DNA of 63,432 nucleotides, filler included, from Reticulomyxa filosa (GCA_000512085.1; 13 parts of 13 records of this genome joined end to end with filler, not necessarily neighbours in it); one strand, 5' to 3'. Shown: positions 38,999-53,355, counted from the first letter of the whole stretch. Numbers and translations: made by a program. Notes: generated by a model not told the origin, from the sequence alone.

Positions 38999-40439
38999 CA
39001 TTAAAACAAAACCGCTCACGAAAAAACACTTAACAAGAATGTGCTTTTTTTTTCATTCATCGAGTTTTATTATTATTATTTTTGGAATTGTTTTTCTTCC
39101 AAATGGAGTTCCTTCAAACTATTTTTTTTACGGTTTTTTTTTTAAAACATACAACATTCAATCAAAAAGAAAACTGGAAAATCGTGTGAAGAAAAATTAG
39201 TACAAGTTTTAAAATTATGCATTCTTTCATTCGACGCTGCCCAAAGAAAATTTAATCTTAAAGTGGACGTTGAGCTATATGGCCTGTTAGTGTTACTTAA
39301 TCCAACTTTTTAAATCTCAATTAATATATCGACTAGTAGTCAAATGCTTGTGAATGTAAATATTGACATTTGAATGGTGGTCTAGTCAACAATATTAATG
39401 CATTTGTTATTCTTTTGTTTTTACACAATATAAATCTTACAAAGAAGATTAAAATATTTTATCAAACAGTTCATATCAATTGAATATTTTTGTTCATTGA
39501 AAGATAAGAATCCCAAGGAATATATATTTAACTATCCATCTGGCTATATAAAAAAAAAGAGAATCGTAGTCAAAAATTTAACATAATACTTCTAAACAAA
39601 GGAAAGGAAACAAATTTTTCAACAATTACAATTTTGAGGTAATTGTGTTATGATTAAATAAGTGAATGGAATTGAATAGATATTTGATAGAAAGTGTATC
39701 AGGTCATTGCAAGTTGTGATTGTCAGTTGCCAACATCATATGCAAAGCCTTTTTACTTTCATCAATTTCTTTCAAAACCAAATCACTTATTAAAAAAAAC
39801 ACAACACATAAATTGCAACTTTAATCTCAAAAGAAAATACTTCAACAAACAATAACATAATCATACGATGTCATCATTTCGAAATTGATATCGAGTCAAG
39901 GAAATTATAAAGTATCTTTGGATATTGTATAAATAATCATTCAATCAAATTTTGGTTTGATCAACTGACAAGTGATCTTGAGTTCACTAAATATCAATAT
40001 ACACAATAAAATTTTATCAAATGATTGTGCATTAATCAGGTTAGACAGAAAATAAAGTATTATGACATGTCTTGGAATATCAGTACTTTCAATACAATCA
40101 AAGTCCAAAAATAACAAAATTTCACTGATGTTGGCTATTGAAGATAGAAAATAATGATCTTTTTAATTTTGGTATCATTGCTATTTGCATTTATGATTGG
40201 ATGTAAATCTGTATGCACTACAGCATCAGATTCATGGATAAATCAATAAGATAATGTCGACAATTTACCGATCTATGTTCAAATAAATCTTTGGTCTTTA
40301 TTAATTCTAAATCTTGTATACTAACAATATGATGACTATTGAATAGAATTTTGATATAGCTTCAGTTGTTCTTGTTTTGTCGTAATTTAAGAGTATTGAG
40401 TTGAGAAATAACATTGACTGTGTCATAAGCAGTCTGGTT

Positions 40440-41700
40440 CATTAAACCAAGAATACGATACATTTCAATCCTTGCATTATATCAAATAGCATCTTATGAA
40501 CGCCTGCTGCACCATTCCAAAATGCTGATGCATGCTCGAGACTAGGATGAATGATAGTCTTGTATAATAGTATATGGCCTGAATGAGATGAATTGCGTCT
40601 TGTCAGCTGCAAGTAACATATTTCATTTGCTTGACCAATTGGATAATTGAGAATACCGATGCTATAATGCAACGTCATCAACAAACATTATACAATGAAT
40701 GGACTGATTAATGATGTCGGTAAATTCATACAAGCTGAATGAGTTCCATTTAATACAACTCTTCCAAGTCGAGCTGATAATAAGATATCAATACGTCAAT
40801 ATAATCTATAATCTAATTTAAATTCATTATATTAATCAATTTCTCCAAACACTGTCATATGCTGCAGAGATATTAAATAACACTGCATAAGTCACTGAAT
40901 TGCATTGTATGTCAGATTGGATTTCTGCTTGTGTTTGCTGCAATAATTATTTGTCATTCAATTTCCACATTAATCTACTTGTGATGGTCATTTCAATCAA
41001 TTTATCAACACTTGCTAACAATCAGCATATGGCTATGATTTCTGTCAGGCTTGGGAATATGCACAATGTTTGCATTTTTCAATGCAATAGGCTCTAATCA
41101 GGATCTTGGGCTTTGTACGGCGACAAATGTCTCATAGCATCAATAAATTTTTCTTTTGTAATTTCACTATGATGAATATCACTCAAACCAATGCAATTTT
41201 AAATATAATGTCATCTTCGTCATTTCATAATGCTTTTCATCAACATCTCTTGGATGCTGAGTGCCCTGAAAATGTTTTGCCAATAGATACGCTTTATTAG
41301 CATCTGATCTCGACACTGAATTTGTTTCCTTGTTCACCAATGCTGGAATAATGCATATCTTATTGGCATTCAATGCATTTAATTGCGTGAATGAATTTCA
41401 TGCAGCGAATTGATTTCATTTGCAATTGCTTGGCTGCTTTCTTATATAGAATTAAAATCCTTGATGTTCTTTGATTTTTGGACTATCTTTCGTAATCGAC
41501 TGTCGCTCCACAATGGCTTGTTGTCTTTCCATATGTCCTGATATCAATGATTGATTCTTCAGCTTCAACAACACATCTGGTCCAAGATTCGATATGGAGA
41601 TGCAAGTTTTGTTCTAATATTTGAGCATTGGAATAAAATCAGTTGATATTATTCTGGAATATCAATAGCTACTGAGCATATGTTTGTTATATTGGTATTC
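40440..41700 (-). mobile_element. Degenerate non-LTR retrotransposon (LINE) ORF2 / reverse transcriptase relic
   Basis: Fragments DANKAYLLAKHF, PYKAQDPD, NISAAYDSVWR (D..KAFD.V motif) and LYKTIIHPSLEHASAFW, with many stops. Confidence 0.8.
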
Positions 41701-42149
41701 GCAATGTTAATTTCATCTCTTAATTGACTTCTAATCAATATTGGGTTAATTGATGTATACCTAATTTTAAAAATTTTTTGATAAACTTTTCAATTCACTT
41801 GATTTGATATTAATTTTAAAATGATAACATTGTATGCTTATGTTGAAGTATTTTCTTTGAGATTAAAGTTTCAATTTATGTGTTGTATTTTTTTTTGATA
41901 AGTGATTTGGTTTTGAAAGAAATTGAATTTTATAATATTGTGATTGAAGTGTGACTTTTTCACTTTGTTACGTATTTGGTGACGTCTTTTGTTGTAATTC
42001 ATCGTCGGTTCAGCATCTAGTGTGGTGTGACTGTGAGAGGTGGATTTGAACTTCCATATCTTGACATCAGTTGCCTTAAGAGTAACATGGCGCAAACTAC
42101 TGGTAGTAACCCTTTTACTAGAAACTAGAGGCTTGAGAGAGAGGTATTT

Positions 42150-43040
42150 TTACCATAATCGGCTATATTGCAAGCCATGCTGGGGTTAAGAATCCAATCT
42201 AATGGTAAACAGGCAAACATGTTAATTGTACTTCCGAACATATCTGCAACTAGTGCCAGTGTGCACGGTGGCATTGGAAATGTATATGGTGTTGATAAGG
42301 AATCATCAACGACAAAGTTTGAAGCAATTTCTGTGTACGAATACGCCAACGATTGTCGTCACTCCAATTAAATCCAACGAACTAAGAAACAAGAATGCGT
42401 TGTCCGGAAAAGTATTAGCGCATACATTTTATGGGAATTTCCGAGCATTATTTGTTCAGTTGATGTTAATGAGCAGCAGCTAATTCAACTAGCTTATAAC
42501 TTCAATAGTGCCAAGAATGGACAGACAACTTGAACAAAAAGAAAATCAAGACTGTAAACAAAGAATTGTAAGGGACGTTTATTGTAAGGTATTCGCTTCT
42601 GAACAAAAGAAAAAGCGTGAAGAAGTAATGACTAATCCTGAAGTGAATAGATATGTCTTGCTTCGAGTAGTATCAACTCACGAAGCGATAGTGAAATTAA
42701 GGAGACATTGGAAGATTATGGATATTCAAACAAAAAGTTAAACGATTCTATAAGATGCCAATTGTTAAGGTACTGCTATCCAAACTGAAGATTTGTTAAG
42801 ATATTGAAAGGCAATGATATTCAGATTGAATATTCAAGACTAAAATCGTATTTCAAGAAATGCAGAAAATGCTACAGATTGAACCATATTGCTTGTGAAT
42901 GCACAAAGAAGCGCAAAGTGTGTAAGTATTGCGATTGGCAAACCACGAAGTGGTAAAAATGCCAAAACAAGAATGATCCAAGTAAACACAAATGTGTATT
43001 ATGTCGAAAGCAGCGTCCAAGTGGTTCATTGAAAGAATAA
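42150..43040 (+). mobile_element. Degenerate LINE ORF1 (gag-like) with triple zinc knuckle
   Basis: From 42861: CRKCYRLNHIACEC (CX2CX4HX4C)-TKKRKVCKYC...KC..KHKCVLC, the I/Jockey-type ORF1 arrangement; disrupted. Confidence 0.75.
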
Positions 43041-43291
43041 AAGAAAGACCAGGCAACAAAATAAGAAATCGATGCTGATGAAATCTTATCGCTAAGACGT
43101 GAATTGGCAGATTAGATCAGCATTCTAGCAATTACAATCCTTTTTGCAAATGACCTTGCGTTCACTAAATGTCAATGAATGCAATATAATCATTTCAAAT
43201 GATCGAGCCTCCGTCAAATTAGACAGGAAATATCGTGGAATTGTATATTTGGAATATCAATTCCTTCGCAAGTACAATACATATTCCATTG

Positions 43292-43574
43292 CTATGTAAA
43301 GAAGAGATTCAAACCATGATTATCCAGGAATGCAGCTGATCTATGCTGTTGAATCAAATCTGGCTGCAAATGCTGGCCTTTGTTTGCAACAAGATCAGAA
43401 ATATCAGAATAACCTTTGATCCAATAGATCTCTGAAGCATTATCTTCATTAAAGATCTCAATATCTTCTGACAATCCATAATTGGCGATTTATAGATGTC
43501 AGAATCCCATTTGTTGAATATCAATTATACTCCAGCATCAGCTTCATTAATGCATCCACGGGATAATGTCGATA
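43292..43574 (-). mobile_element. RNase H C-terminal relic of a LINE
   Basis: EIYWIKGYSDI..DLVA resembles the WxxGHxGIxGNExADxLA motif. Confidence 0.45.
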
Positions 43575-44589
43575 NNNNNNNNNNNNNNNNNNNNNNNNNN
43601 NNNNNNNNNNNNNNNNNNTTAATTAATTAANNNNNNNNNNNNNNNNNNNNNNNNNNNNNNNNNNNNNNNNNNNNCTCATAAATGTTTACAAAAAAGATGT
43701 AAATTTGTAATTTTTTTGAATATTTTCGCATTTTTGACAAAAAATCTTGAAAAATAATTGTTAAAATTTTTTGTATTGTATTCCTAAAATTGTAATTCCA
43801 AAAAACGAATTAATTACAGATAATTAAAAATTAGAATTGTTTTTTTGGAATGATTTATTATTTTCCTTGAGTAATGATTTTTCTATTGAAGAGAAAAAAT
43901 TTTCCCTTTTTAGAAAAAGTTCTTTTGTGCTTTACAAATGTGGTTTTAACTCTTCTCTCTTTAAACAGTCTAACAAGCCAAACGTAGACAACATGGAGCG
44001 TTCTTTCATTAATGTATTCCTCTGCAAAATGCAACAGCTGCCAAAAAAGAAAGAAAACAATCAGTATGTACCCAATACACCCAAAACAACATTATTCGAA
44101 AAAGAGATGCTGCCATCACGGCCAAAACAAATGCGCTTGCCTATTGTGATCTCTCCTGACATTGACAACATTCAGATTGGCGTTGTAAATCTATCTTCAC
44201 AATCAAGAGAGGACATCCATTTTTTTGTTGTTTCATTCAATCTATTTAGCAGGATCATGTTTTTATGTATTTTTTATCACATTATTGTGACCAATCTTAT
44301 TTGAAATCTAATATTTTAATACATTGACTATCAAGAACACTTGCCATCTTATAAAAAGGGATTCTGAAAAGCAAAGCATAATAAAATTAGCAATGATTCA
44401 ATTTGGAGTGAAGTTGAAAAATTTCTCTTTGTTAGAATTATCACCAATGGGAAAAAGGTGTGATACCGAATACGATAAAACAGAGGAAAAATCGCAGGTA
44501 AATGTACATACTATCAACCAGGTGATATTTATCATGTAAATTTTCAGCACCCAAAAAAAAAAAAGCGACTTGTTACCATTGCAACAAAA

Positions 44590-45343
44590 ATATTTAGGCA
44601 AAGTTATAATTTTTAAACATTCCAGGAGTGTGGATCGGATCGACAAATAATTTTTTTTTTTGCGTAGATGATGAAAAAGTAGCCACTAAGGGGGGAAATA
44701 ACGTATACAATAGCTTGTCAAAAAAGACACATTTTTTTTGGAGGGATACATTATTTTATAAGAACATTTTGGATTGAAAACTGTCTAAAGTTTTAGGTTG
44801 TCAAATACTGTGGCAAAAGTGAAAAATTTGTCGGTGTGGAACTCAACGAGTGGAATGAAAATGCAGACGATGGGTCGAAAAATGGAAAGTGGTACTTTAA
44901 TTGCAAAACTGGACGAGGACTCAAAGATCTTGGCAAGGTTTGAAGGTCCCTTCCAATCTAAAAGTATTTGGACCTGAATTATCTTTTGAACGAATCGGCA
45001 TGGAAGAGCGGCTCAAGATTTTGGAATAAAAAGAGAAGGAGGAATTGAGTAAAAATATTGAAAAATTACAAGTGAATGATCGTATTGAAATAGCTGCAGG
45101 TTTATTTTAATAATCATTTATCATTTTATTTTGTTTTTTTCAAATGAATAAATAACATACAAAAATATGTACACATATAATACATGTATACATATATGAA
45201 AGGAACGGCTCAACTCGTGTTTGAATGGATTTTCGGCCAATGCCACGAACGGCACAGTCAAATGGTCGATAACGACTCAAGTGAGCGGAGCCTCCCATTA
45301 GAGCGAGAGTTGGATACGTAGGATCCCAATGCCAACGACAAAA
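44590..45343 (+). pseudogene. Decayed multi-CAP-Gly-domain gene
   Basis: KFVGVELNEWNENADDGSKNGKWYFNCKTGRG (~44824-44920) is a CAP-Gly core. Further broken copies: PGVWIG ~44622, NATNGTVK ~45240, ELDT*DPNAND ~45305. Confidence 0.7.
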
Positions 45344-46941
45344 NNNNNNNNNNNNNNNNNNNNNNNNNNNNNNNNNNNNNNNNNNNNTTAATTAATTAAN
45401 NNNNNNNNNNNNNNNNNNNNNNNNNNNNNNNNNNNNNNNNNNNAATTGGATGGGGACGGCATCGTAATGACCATGATTTTGCAATGCCTCTTTGGCCACA
45501 CGTGAGTTTGGTGTATCGTTGGATGCGAGAATGTGTATTTCAGGCGATTATTCTTCACTTTTTGCATGTGATTGTGTTGTATGGATTGCAGGTTCTTCTA
45601 TATCTAGACTTTCCATTGGTCGAACGGGAGACAAAGAATGAAGCTGACAATATGATTTCATTTTTTTTGGGTTCCTTGTTATTACCGGAAAAATTCTCAC
45701 CAACAAAGGAATATCGTCCCTCCCTATACCCAATTCGATTTCTTTTTTTGATAGATCGCTGTTTGGTACCGTGGTTCTGGTGGCTTGTATGTCATATCAT
45801 CTCGCGAAGATTGTGTGAATAAATGTGCCGATTGCGGTCCCCATATGTGTTCGAGTGCTGCTTGTTATACTTTGCGAGAATAAGGTATAATTTTTCGATT
45901 TCCGACTGTGACTTGATATCTTTTCTAATGCGCAGGAAATTTCCATCATCACCCGCATCTACGCATTTGGCACGTTTGTTGATTGTTTCATCGGGTGAAT
46001 TCTCCGATCAATAATCATTCTATGCTGTCTTATTTGTTGCGTTGTTTGGCCATTTTTTCTCTGGAGTTGTTCTGTTGCATTTCGTTTTCCATGTAGTTGT
46101 TGAATGACTTTTGTGGTGTGCCGGTGATTTGCTGGCGCCTGTGCTATAGTGTTTTTGGTCACTTCGGCAATGCGTTCTTGTTGGTCAAATGTTTTTGACT
46201 GTAGTTGTTCAGTCGGTTTGAATTTGTTGTTTTTGTCGTCACATCTACCACTTTCTTCTTTATTTATATAAAAATATTGGTTAAGTAGGGAATTTTCATC
46301 ATTAGCTACTTGCAATTCCTTTTCTTTTCGATACTCCGGGAAGTTAAGTAACTCTTAACTTTATTCTGCAATGCTTCATTGTTATCTGGCTAACAAATGT
46401 GGATGGTGCGACGTGGACTTGCCGTATTTGCGTAACGGCGTTCAGTCGTTACGTAACTGGAGACTGATCTGGAAAATGGTTTGTGTCGTGTTGATGCTAC
46501 GGGACTCGTTGTTCGGCGTTGCCATATCTTGTTTTCTGCACCACTAAAAGCTTGTTTTGAAAATGCCTGAGTGTGTTTGTCACCCTGTTGACGTCTACGC
46601 CTTGTAAGCGTTCTCTGAATGAAAATTTCACTGGTTCTTGAGGAGAATTGTTCAATTCTCCGCTTGATGCTATGTGTCTTTGGAAACTGTCTATGTTTTT
46701 TGAGCGCGTTTGATTTTGACTTGGTGTGACCAAGTGTTTCAGTACTTCTGGTACCCGGTGAGTGTCGCCGTCATTTTGATCGTAGCGATTGGATATTTTT
46801 TTAACAAATTCCTTAAGGATTTACTTAAGGATTTATATATANNNNNNNNNNNNNNNNNNNNNNNNNNNNNNNNNNNNNNNNNNNNTTAATTAATTAANNN
46901 NNNNNNNNNNNNNNNNNNNNNNNNNNNNNNNNNNNNNNNNN

Positions 46942-49900
46942 ACTGAGTTTCAATGTTCCGTTTGCCACCAAGTGCGCAAGTGGATCGATGGGGTTTGGAG
47001 ATGTCCTCTGTGGCCTTCTTTTGACGCGTGTGCTCTTTGTGGAGAAAATACGGTAGGTGAGCATTTTGTCACAAGAATTTCAAGAAATTTGTTGACAATT
47101 TCCTAAAAACATAAAATATTTCTTTTTTTTTTTTTTAGATATTGATAAAATCAATTATATCATCAATATATTCAAATAATATATACACACATATATTATT
47201 ACATATATATATGTGTATAAATATATAATGTATATATTGTGTTTGGGCAATTATATAATAAAGCTAAAGAAATCAGGGCCAACAGATCATCGAAAAAGCA
47301 TTCACCACCAATGGAACAGTAACGTGCCAATGCTGACGCATGCACAGGATGTGGAAATGATCGAGGAAGAAGGGACAGAAGACGAGAACGAAAAAACGCC
47401 GGTGGAAATACAAAAGCTGATTCGAAAAGAGCTGTCATCGATAATTGAGAATTTGACGGAGATGAAGCTTCGAAGACTACAAAATATGAAAGACTATTGG
47501 AACAAAGAGATCCATGACGAAAGCAAGCTAATCGAAATCGAAAAAGAGTTTGAGCAAACGGAAGGAGAGTTAGCCCAATGGCGACGCAATCGATCGTTGC
47601 ACGAAGAACAAGAGCACAAGATTGAGCGCAGACACTCGTTAGTGATTAGCGGCATTGCAACGGAGATGGATCTGATTGCGGATGAAGAGCTAGTGAAATC
47701 GTTTGCACAATACGACCCCAAAGATGATTTCATCATTGTCAAAAGCAGGTTTGTGGATTTGAATCGCTTGTACTGGTTCGAGGATCAACTTGTCACGCAA
47801 CGTTTCAAACACTACGAGGAGCAATTGGACCCTCTCGCAATCACTCAGCTTCCTGCGTCGTCACATAAGCATCATCCAAAGCCGTCCGACACGCCCGTCG
47901 AAGACTTGAGCTCGCAAGAGTCCGAAACCGATTCCCGCTCCAAAACCCATCTTCATCATTCCTCCTTGGAACCCAAACACAAACTGCCGCCGCCGCCGGT
48001 CGTGGGTGAGACTGATGCCGACGAGTTCCTAGCATCTTCCAAGAACATCTCTGTTCCTATCCACAACAAAGACGTCTCATCTCAAGGTCAGCGTCAACAT
48101 CAACACAAAGGCCATGGAAATAATGCGACAGAAGAAGAGGAAGAAGAAAATGATGAAGAAGAAGAAGAAGATGGAGCTAACGATGAATGGGCCAAGAATT
48201 TACCCTTTGATGGCAAGCAAAATGAAGAGAACCCCGAACATAAGAAAATCAAGGCAAGCATCAAATTTCACATGCGACGATTCACCGAAACGCATCACAA
48301 AGAGATCGACACGTTCATTGCTCAAATTCAAAGAAAAGATCGGCAGATGCAGCTTCTCAAAGATCAAATTGCAAAAATGCAACAGCAAATTGATCAGGTT
48401 CTAATGTCACAAAATGATTTGTACCTTTCTTTGTGCAAACAACAAACAATGATTTGATTTGAAAAAAAATTTATTTTTTTTGGTATGGATTTGATTGGTA
48501 TTTATTGTTGAAACAGCTGACACAAGCGGCGGACGCAACTGCAAACAAAGCCAATCAAACGCAACACAAGCAGTACAATAAGAGCACCGACATTGTCGAC
48601 GAACTGAGACACATAACGACGACAAAGTACCAAGCCGAAATGAGTTCTCTGCACGAAGATAACGACGAGGTCTCAAGTGACGTCGATCACAACGCCGTGA
48701 CGAGACCCCACGAAATCGCAGCAGCACAAACGTTGCAACAACAAAATGCAAATCGATTGTCACAATTACAATCGCAATCTCAACTACAGCCACAACCGCA
48801 GCCACAATCGCAATCACAATCACAATTACAACCACAATTACAATCACAACCACAACCACAACCACAGTCGCGAGATGACAATGGAATAGAACCCATTCCA
48901 GTTCCAGAAGACTCAGATACAGACCCGGCACCAAAGGTCGTGATTGAACACAGGAAAAAACCCAGCGAACGCAGTGACTTTGACGACGTAAGTCACCAGG
49001 CCATGATCACGGCGTTTCACGAAGCCAAGCGTTCTGCCACAAGTCCGACTGCTCGCAAGAAAAAAAAACACTCTTCCAACGAAGAAGACGCACAAAACAA
49101 TAACGCCAATACCAACAACAACAACGAAGAGCAAGAAGGCGACTTCGTTCTTTCCAATTCCACTTCACGTACCCCATCTCCTTCTCCAATTGCGCCAAAT
49201 GATATGATATTGCCTCCACTCATCGATTTTCCAAACATGGAACTAAGCAGTTTTGAAACCCGCAAAACAGAAAATTATCTTACGTATACTTTATCAATTT
49301 ATTTATACATATACCTATATGTATACGTTGTTAGAAAATTCTTGGAAATTTTTTTTTTTTTTTTTTTTTTTTTTGGCAAATTTTAATAAACAATTGTAAA
49401 ACATGTAATGTTGTGCTCGCCCTTGGTCTCTTCCATTGTTTTTATATCTGTGTCGAAACTGCAGAACCCAACACGCCCCATCAATCAAAGACAGAAAGCG
49501 CTGCCTCGAACAATGGGAAGCTGTCGCCACGAATGATAATAAGTTTTCGCCCGCGAAAAAGCTTGGCAGGTTCCAATACGCTTCCTGGAGGATCCACTCT
49601 CAGTGTCGAAATTTCTCGCCAAAAATCCAACGACTTGCTTATCCCTCACAATCAGGACCGGGAAGAGCGTCTGGCGCCTCACAAAGAACCGCAATCGCGT
49701 TCGCTCCTGCCTTTTGCGGACTTTTCTTCGGAAACGAATTTTTTGATCAAACCTACCCCGTCGAATAATGGCGATTTTGCCGAGCAACAAAAGCAGCAGC
49801 ATTCCACCGACAAACGGTCAAGTCGAAAACGACGCGATGACAAAAACGACGTCGAGGAGAGCGACGAGGAGAGTAGGGGGATGATATACGTAGACCCCTT

Positions 49901-51498
49901 TGGCTTTGACGAAGACAAGTTCCACGTGGCGCGAAATAACAGTAAGTTCCGTGCGTCCGAAAGTGAGAGCGGGGATAATGTCGTCCGTGACAATAACAAC
50001 GAACATACATTGTCGGACCGACAACCTATTGCTTCGGTAGAAGAATCGTACCAGCAAGTCGTGCAAGAATCGATTCTTCACGAAACCAACCACGCCAATT
50101 TCGGAACGGGCTTGGAACCCTTGATGGACAATGACGGCATTCATGACTTGGCCATGAAGAATAAAGACTTGAACCGAAGTATCAAACTTCCTGATCTAGC
50201 GATTCACTCGACGAGCAATCATCGTGCCAATAACAACAATTTGGTTGTAGGTATCAGTCCTACCAATGCAAGTGGTGGTAGTGGAGGTGGAAGTGGAGGT
50301 GCAGGTGCAGGTGCAACGAAAGCTAAAGCCGTAGATATGGTTGTCAACGATCAAGAATTCGATGCCTATCCCTCTGGTGATCGTTTGTCCAGAAGACCTT
50401 CGCGCACTCTTGTCCTTGACGAAATTCCAGACGTTCCGGTGGAAGATCATCTGCACGAAATACCAAAGCTTATCGGCCAAGCGTCCGAAAATATGCACAA
50501 CTGGCAAAGAGAAGACAACCGACAGTCGGAAATACTGACGGTCGAAGATGAAGAGTCAGCCGATGAGGAAGAAATGCTCCCCGCCACCTTGGTGTCCCCC
50601 AACAAAATAGATCCGATCTCATACCAAAGCCTTGCTGCGGAGTCGTTCCAGGGAAGCAGTCTCAAAAGACCAAAAGAAGATTTCGCTCCAAAAATTACTG
50701 ATAGTACAAGTGGACAAAGGCTTGCCAATATTGGTTGGTTTACACTTCATTGCAATTGTTATATCTCCACTTTTTTTAGAATAAACTTTACTATTTTTTT
50801 TTTTTTTTTTTTTTGAATAAATAAATAGAGTCCCAAAAACAAATGGATGTTGCACCATGGAAATCAAAAAAAGAAACGGGAATGGAACCAGTAAGTGAGG
50901 AAGATGATGAAGAAGAGGACGAAGAAGAAGAGGACGAAGAGTACGATATTCAACCACAAGCAAAAAATGATCGAAAAAGTGCTAATATAGGTTCCATCAA
51001 GTCCGAAGATAAAGGAAAGCTGCAACGAATAATAAAAGAACAGGAACAAATAATCGCCGATTTAACCCGCTCCAAACTTGATTTAATTACTAACACGTGT
51101 TTACAAATAGACAAACTGAGGGATCAAATCAAACTTATTGATCAACGTCTTGCATTGAACGAGAAACAATATGAAGTTATTTGTTTTCAAATATATATAT
51201 TGCTTGTCCTGACATAAATTTATCATCCTGTTTGTAATTATAGGGCTCGATAATAAATGGCAAGGAGGGAGGTGCTGTGAGCCAATCTTCTTGGTCCTGG
51301 TTTTCTTTTGGCCGCTATAATAATAATCCTGCCCCTGCGCCTGCTCCCGTTCGTGCACTTGCAGTCACTCCTTTGATACAAGATATTGCCAAATCCAAAA
51401 CAAACCTTGCCAATCAAACTGCGCACGAAATTAACCAATTGCGAGAGATTATCAAACTCTTAAGTAAACAACTAGAGAAGAGCATTGATAAAATGTGA
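46942..51498 (+). CDS. Large acidic/coiled-coil protein with an N-terminal ZZ-like zinc finger, 5'-partial, multi-exon
   Basis: First exon FQCSVCHQ..GVWRCPLWPSFDACALC; long same-strand ORFs 47213-48457, 48505-49386, 49413-50816, 50843-51217 and 51277-51498. Confidence 0.7.
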
Positions 51499-52112
51499 GT
51501 GGACATATTTGTTCTTTTTTTTTTCTCCTCTTTTGAAGAAGGAAAAAAAAATCATTAATTTGTTTTACTCTTTCATTTGTTCCTTCCCCCTTTCTATCCG
51601 AGGATGCACCAACGACAAAACTTTCTTTTTTTTTTACTTTGAAAAAACGTTTCGGCGAGTTATTCTGATAACTCGCTTGTCATTATTCTAAATTTTGTTT
51701 TGGTTAGTTTTTTCCTTTTTTTCCAACTGGTTTGTGGATGTTTAATGTACTATGGTTTCTTTTTGTTTTGCTAATTGTTGTACGGATACTTTTTTAAGAC
51801 AACAGTTAATTTGTTCAGTGGTTGTTTTTTTCCTGAAGTTCTCTGTTTCCTATAATTTCGCATGTTGTCATATTTACTGGAGAAATGTGCAATGCTCTAA
51901 AAACCAATGAATCATTAAAAAGATCACAACTCGCCAACAGTACATGTGACAAAAAGACTTGTGCGACTTTTGTGTCAAGTTACAAACGTCAGGATATGAC
52001 AGTGGCTCTTTTTTTTTTCTTAATATTAAAAGTTTTTTGTTTCGTTTCAAAGTTTTCTCAAAAATGTACGAATATGCCTCTTTTGCAGCATCTTCAGCCA
52101 AGTCAATTTTGT

Positions 52113-52971
52113 CTATGACAAGCACAGCCCACGCACAAAATCAAAGTGGAATATACTCGAAGGGATGTGCCTTCTACTCATTTGACAAAGATGGGTGTGA
52201 CAAAAAGAAAGTAAACCTTGAAGAAGTTTCCACAAAAAGCATTCCTCTAGTCGCATTCTGGTGAAAGCGTGCCATGGATAATTAGAATTTTGCATTAAAC
52301 ACTGATTACATTTTTGCTGTTGTGGATTTAACAAGTAGTCGCTCCTTCCAGAAAATGGATTGTATTGTCGACATGCTTGATTGCATGGACTGTGCTTAAT
52401 TTGTGCTCTTTGAGCCCATATAAACCATGGGAACTTGCGAAAAGGGTTTATTTCCGGGTTATTTGCTACATAAGAATTGCAGCATTGTCTTTTCGTATTT
52501 GTCGTGTTAATGTGTTTTGCTATGTTATGAAGCTGTTTATATTTATTTATTGTGACATAGCGCTAAACATATATTTGTTGAGAGCTCCCTGACACTCTTG
52601 ATGAGTAAGCTCAGGTACTGCAGATGGGTCATTGCGGTCGTGCTTGTCCAAAGCGCTAGCACAGCCCATCCAAAGACGGAAATTGTAAGCACAAGGACCG
52701 GCCATATCTGTCGAACACAAGTGGCAATGCTTATTGTCTTCGATAAAATTTAGTTCCGTTAGTTTGTAATTCATTCCCAGTGTTTTCAATTCAAATAATC
52801 GTTGTTCATATCCTTTTTTTATTGTTTGTTTTGTTGAAATCTAATTTATCAATTTTAGGTATTGTGTAAAGATTTTTTTGGCTCGAAGTTGTTGAAACTT
52901 GAAATTTCTTCAGGTGTTAATGATTCCACTTTTGAAGTTTGAGCTGATTTTTCGGTTGGAGAGGTTGCCAT
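52113..52971 (-). CDS. Twin-CX9C (CHCH/GCK-like) Cys-rich protein, spliced; 3' end uncertain
   Basis: MATSPTE..EISR|YEQRLF..CHLCSTDMAGPCAYNFRLWMGC..ECQGALNKYI|QCC gives CX2C plus two CX9C motifs after removing two GT-AG introns. Confidence 0.6.
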
Positions 52972-53355
52972 TTGGCTGTTTTAATTGCTATTGCCTTCAC
53001 ACTATTTGTAAATACCGTTTGCACAACGTTTGGAAAAGTATTCTCCTTTCAAATTTACTTTTTTTAAGAGAAAGAAAAAGAGACAACACTTGTTTAGTTT
53101 ATTTAAAGAGGAAAAAAAGAAATTTTTATTCCTTTGTTTTACCTTCAATTGTACAAATTCGTTGTTATATTTATATTATTGAAATAACTTACCTTAGTCC
53201 CAATCTTTGTATTCTTTCAAAGTTTTTTAAATTTACATTCAAAAACAAGATGTTTATGGCAAACGATCAAACAGATCTCTATTATCCATTTTTAAAAAAG
53301 TTAAGAAAAAAAATCCTGTCGCCAGGACCCAAAAAAAAAAAAAAATCATCAATTG

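Noticed and set aside
17442-45343. Apparent microtubule gene cluster (SSNA1, TPR-PFDN4, CAP-Gly)
   Set aside because: The genes lie on different contigs joined by artificial linkers.
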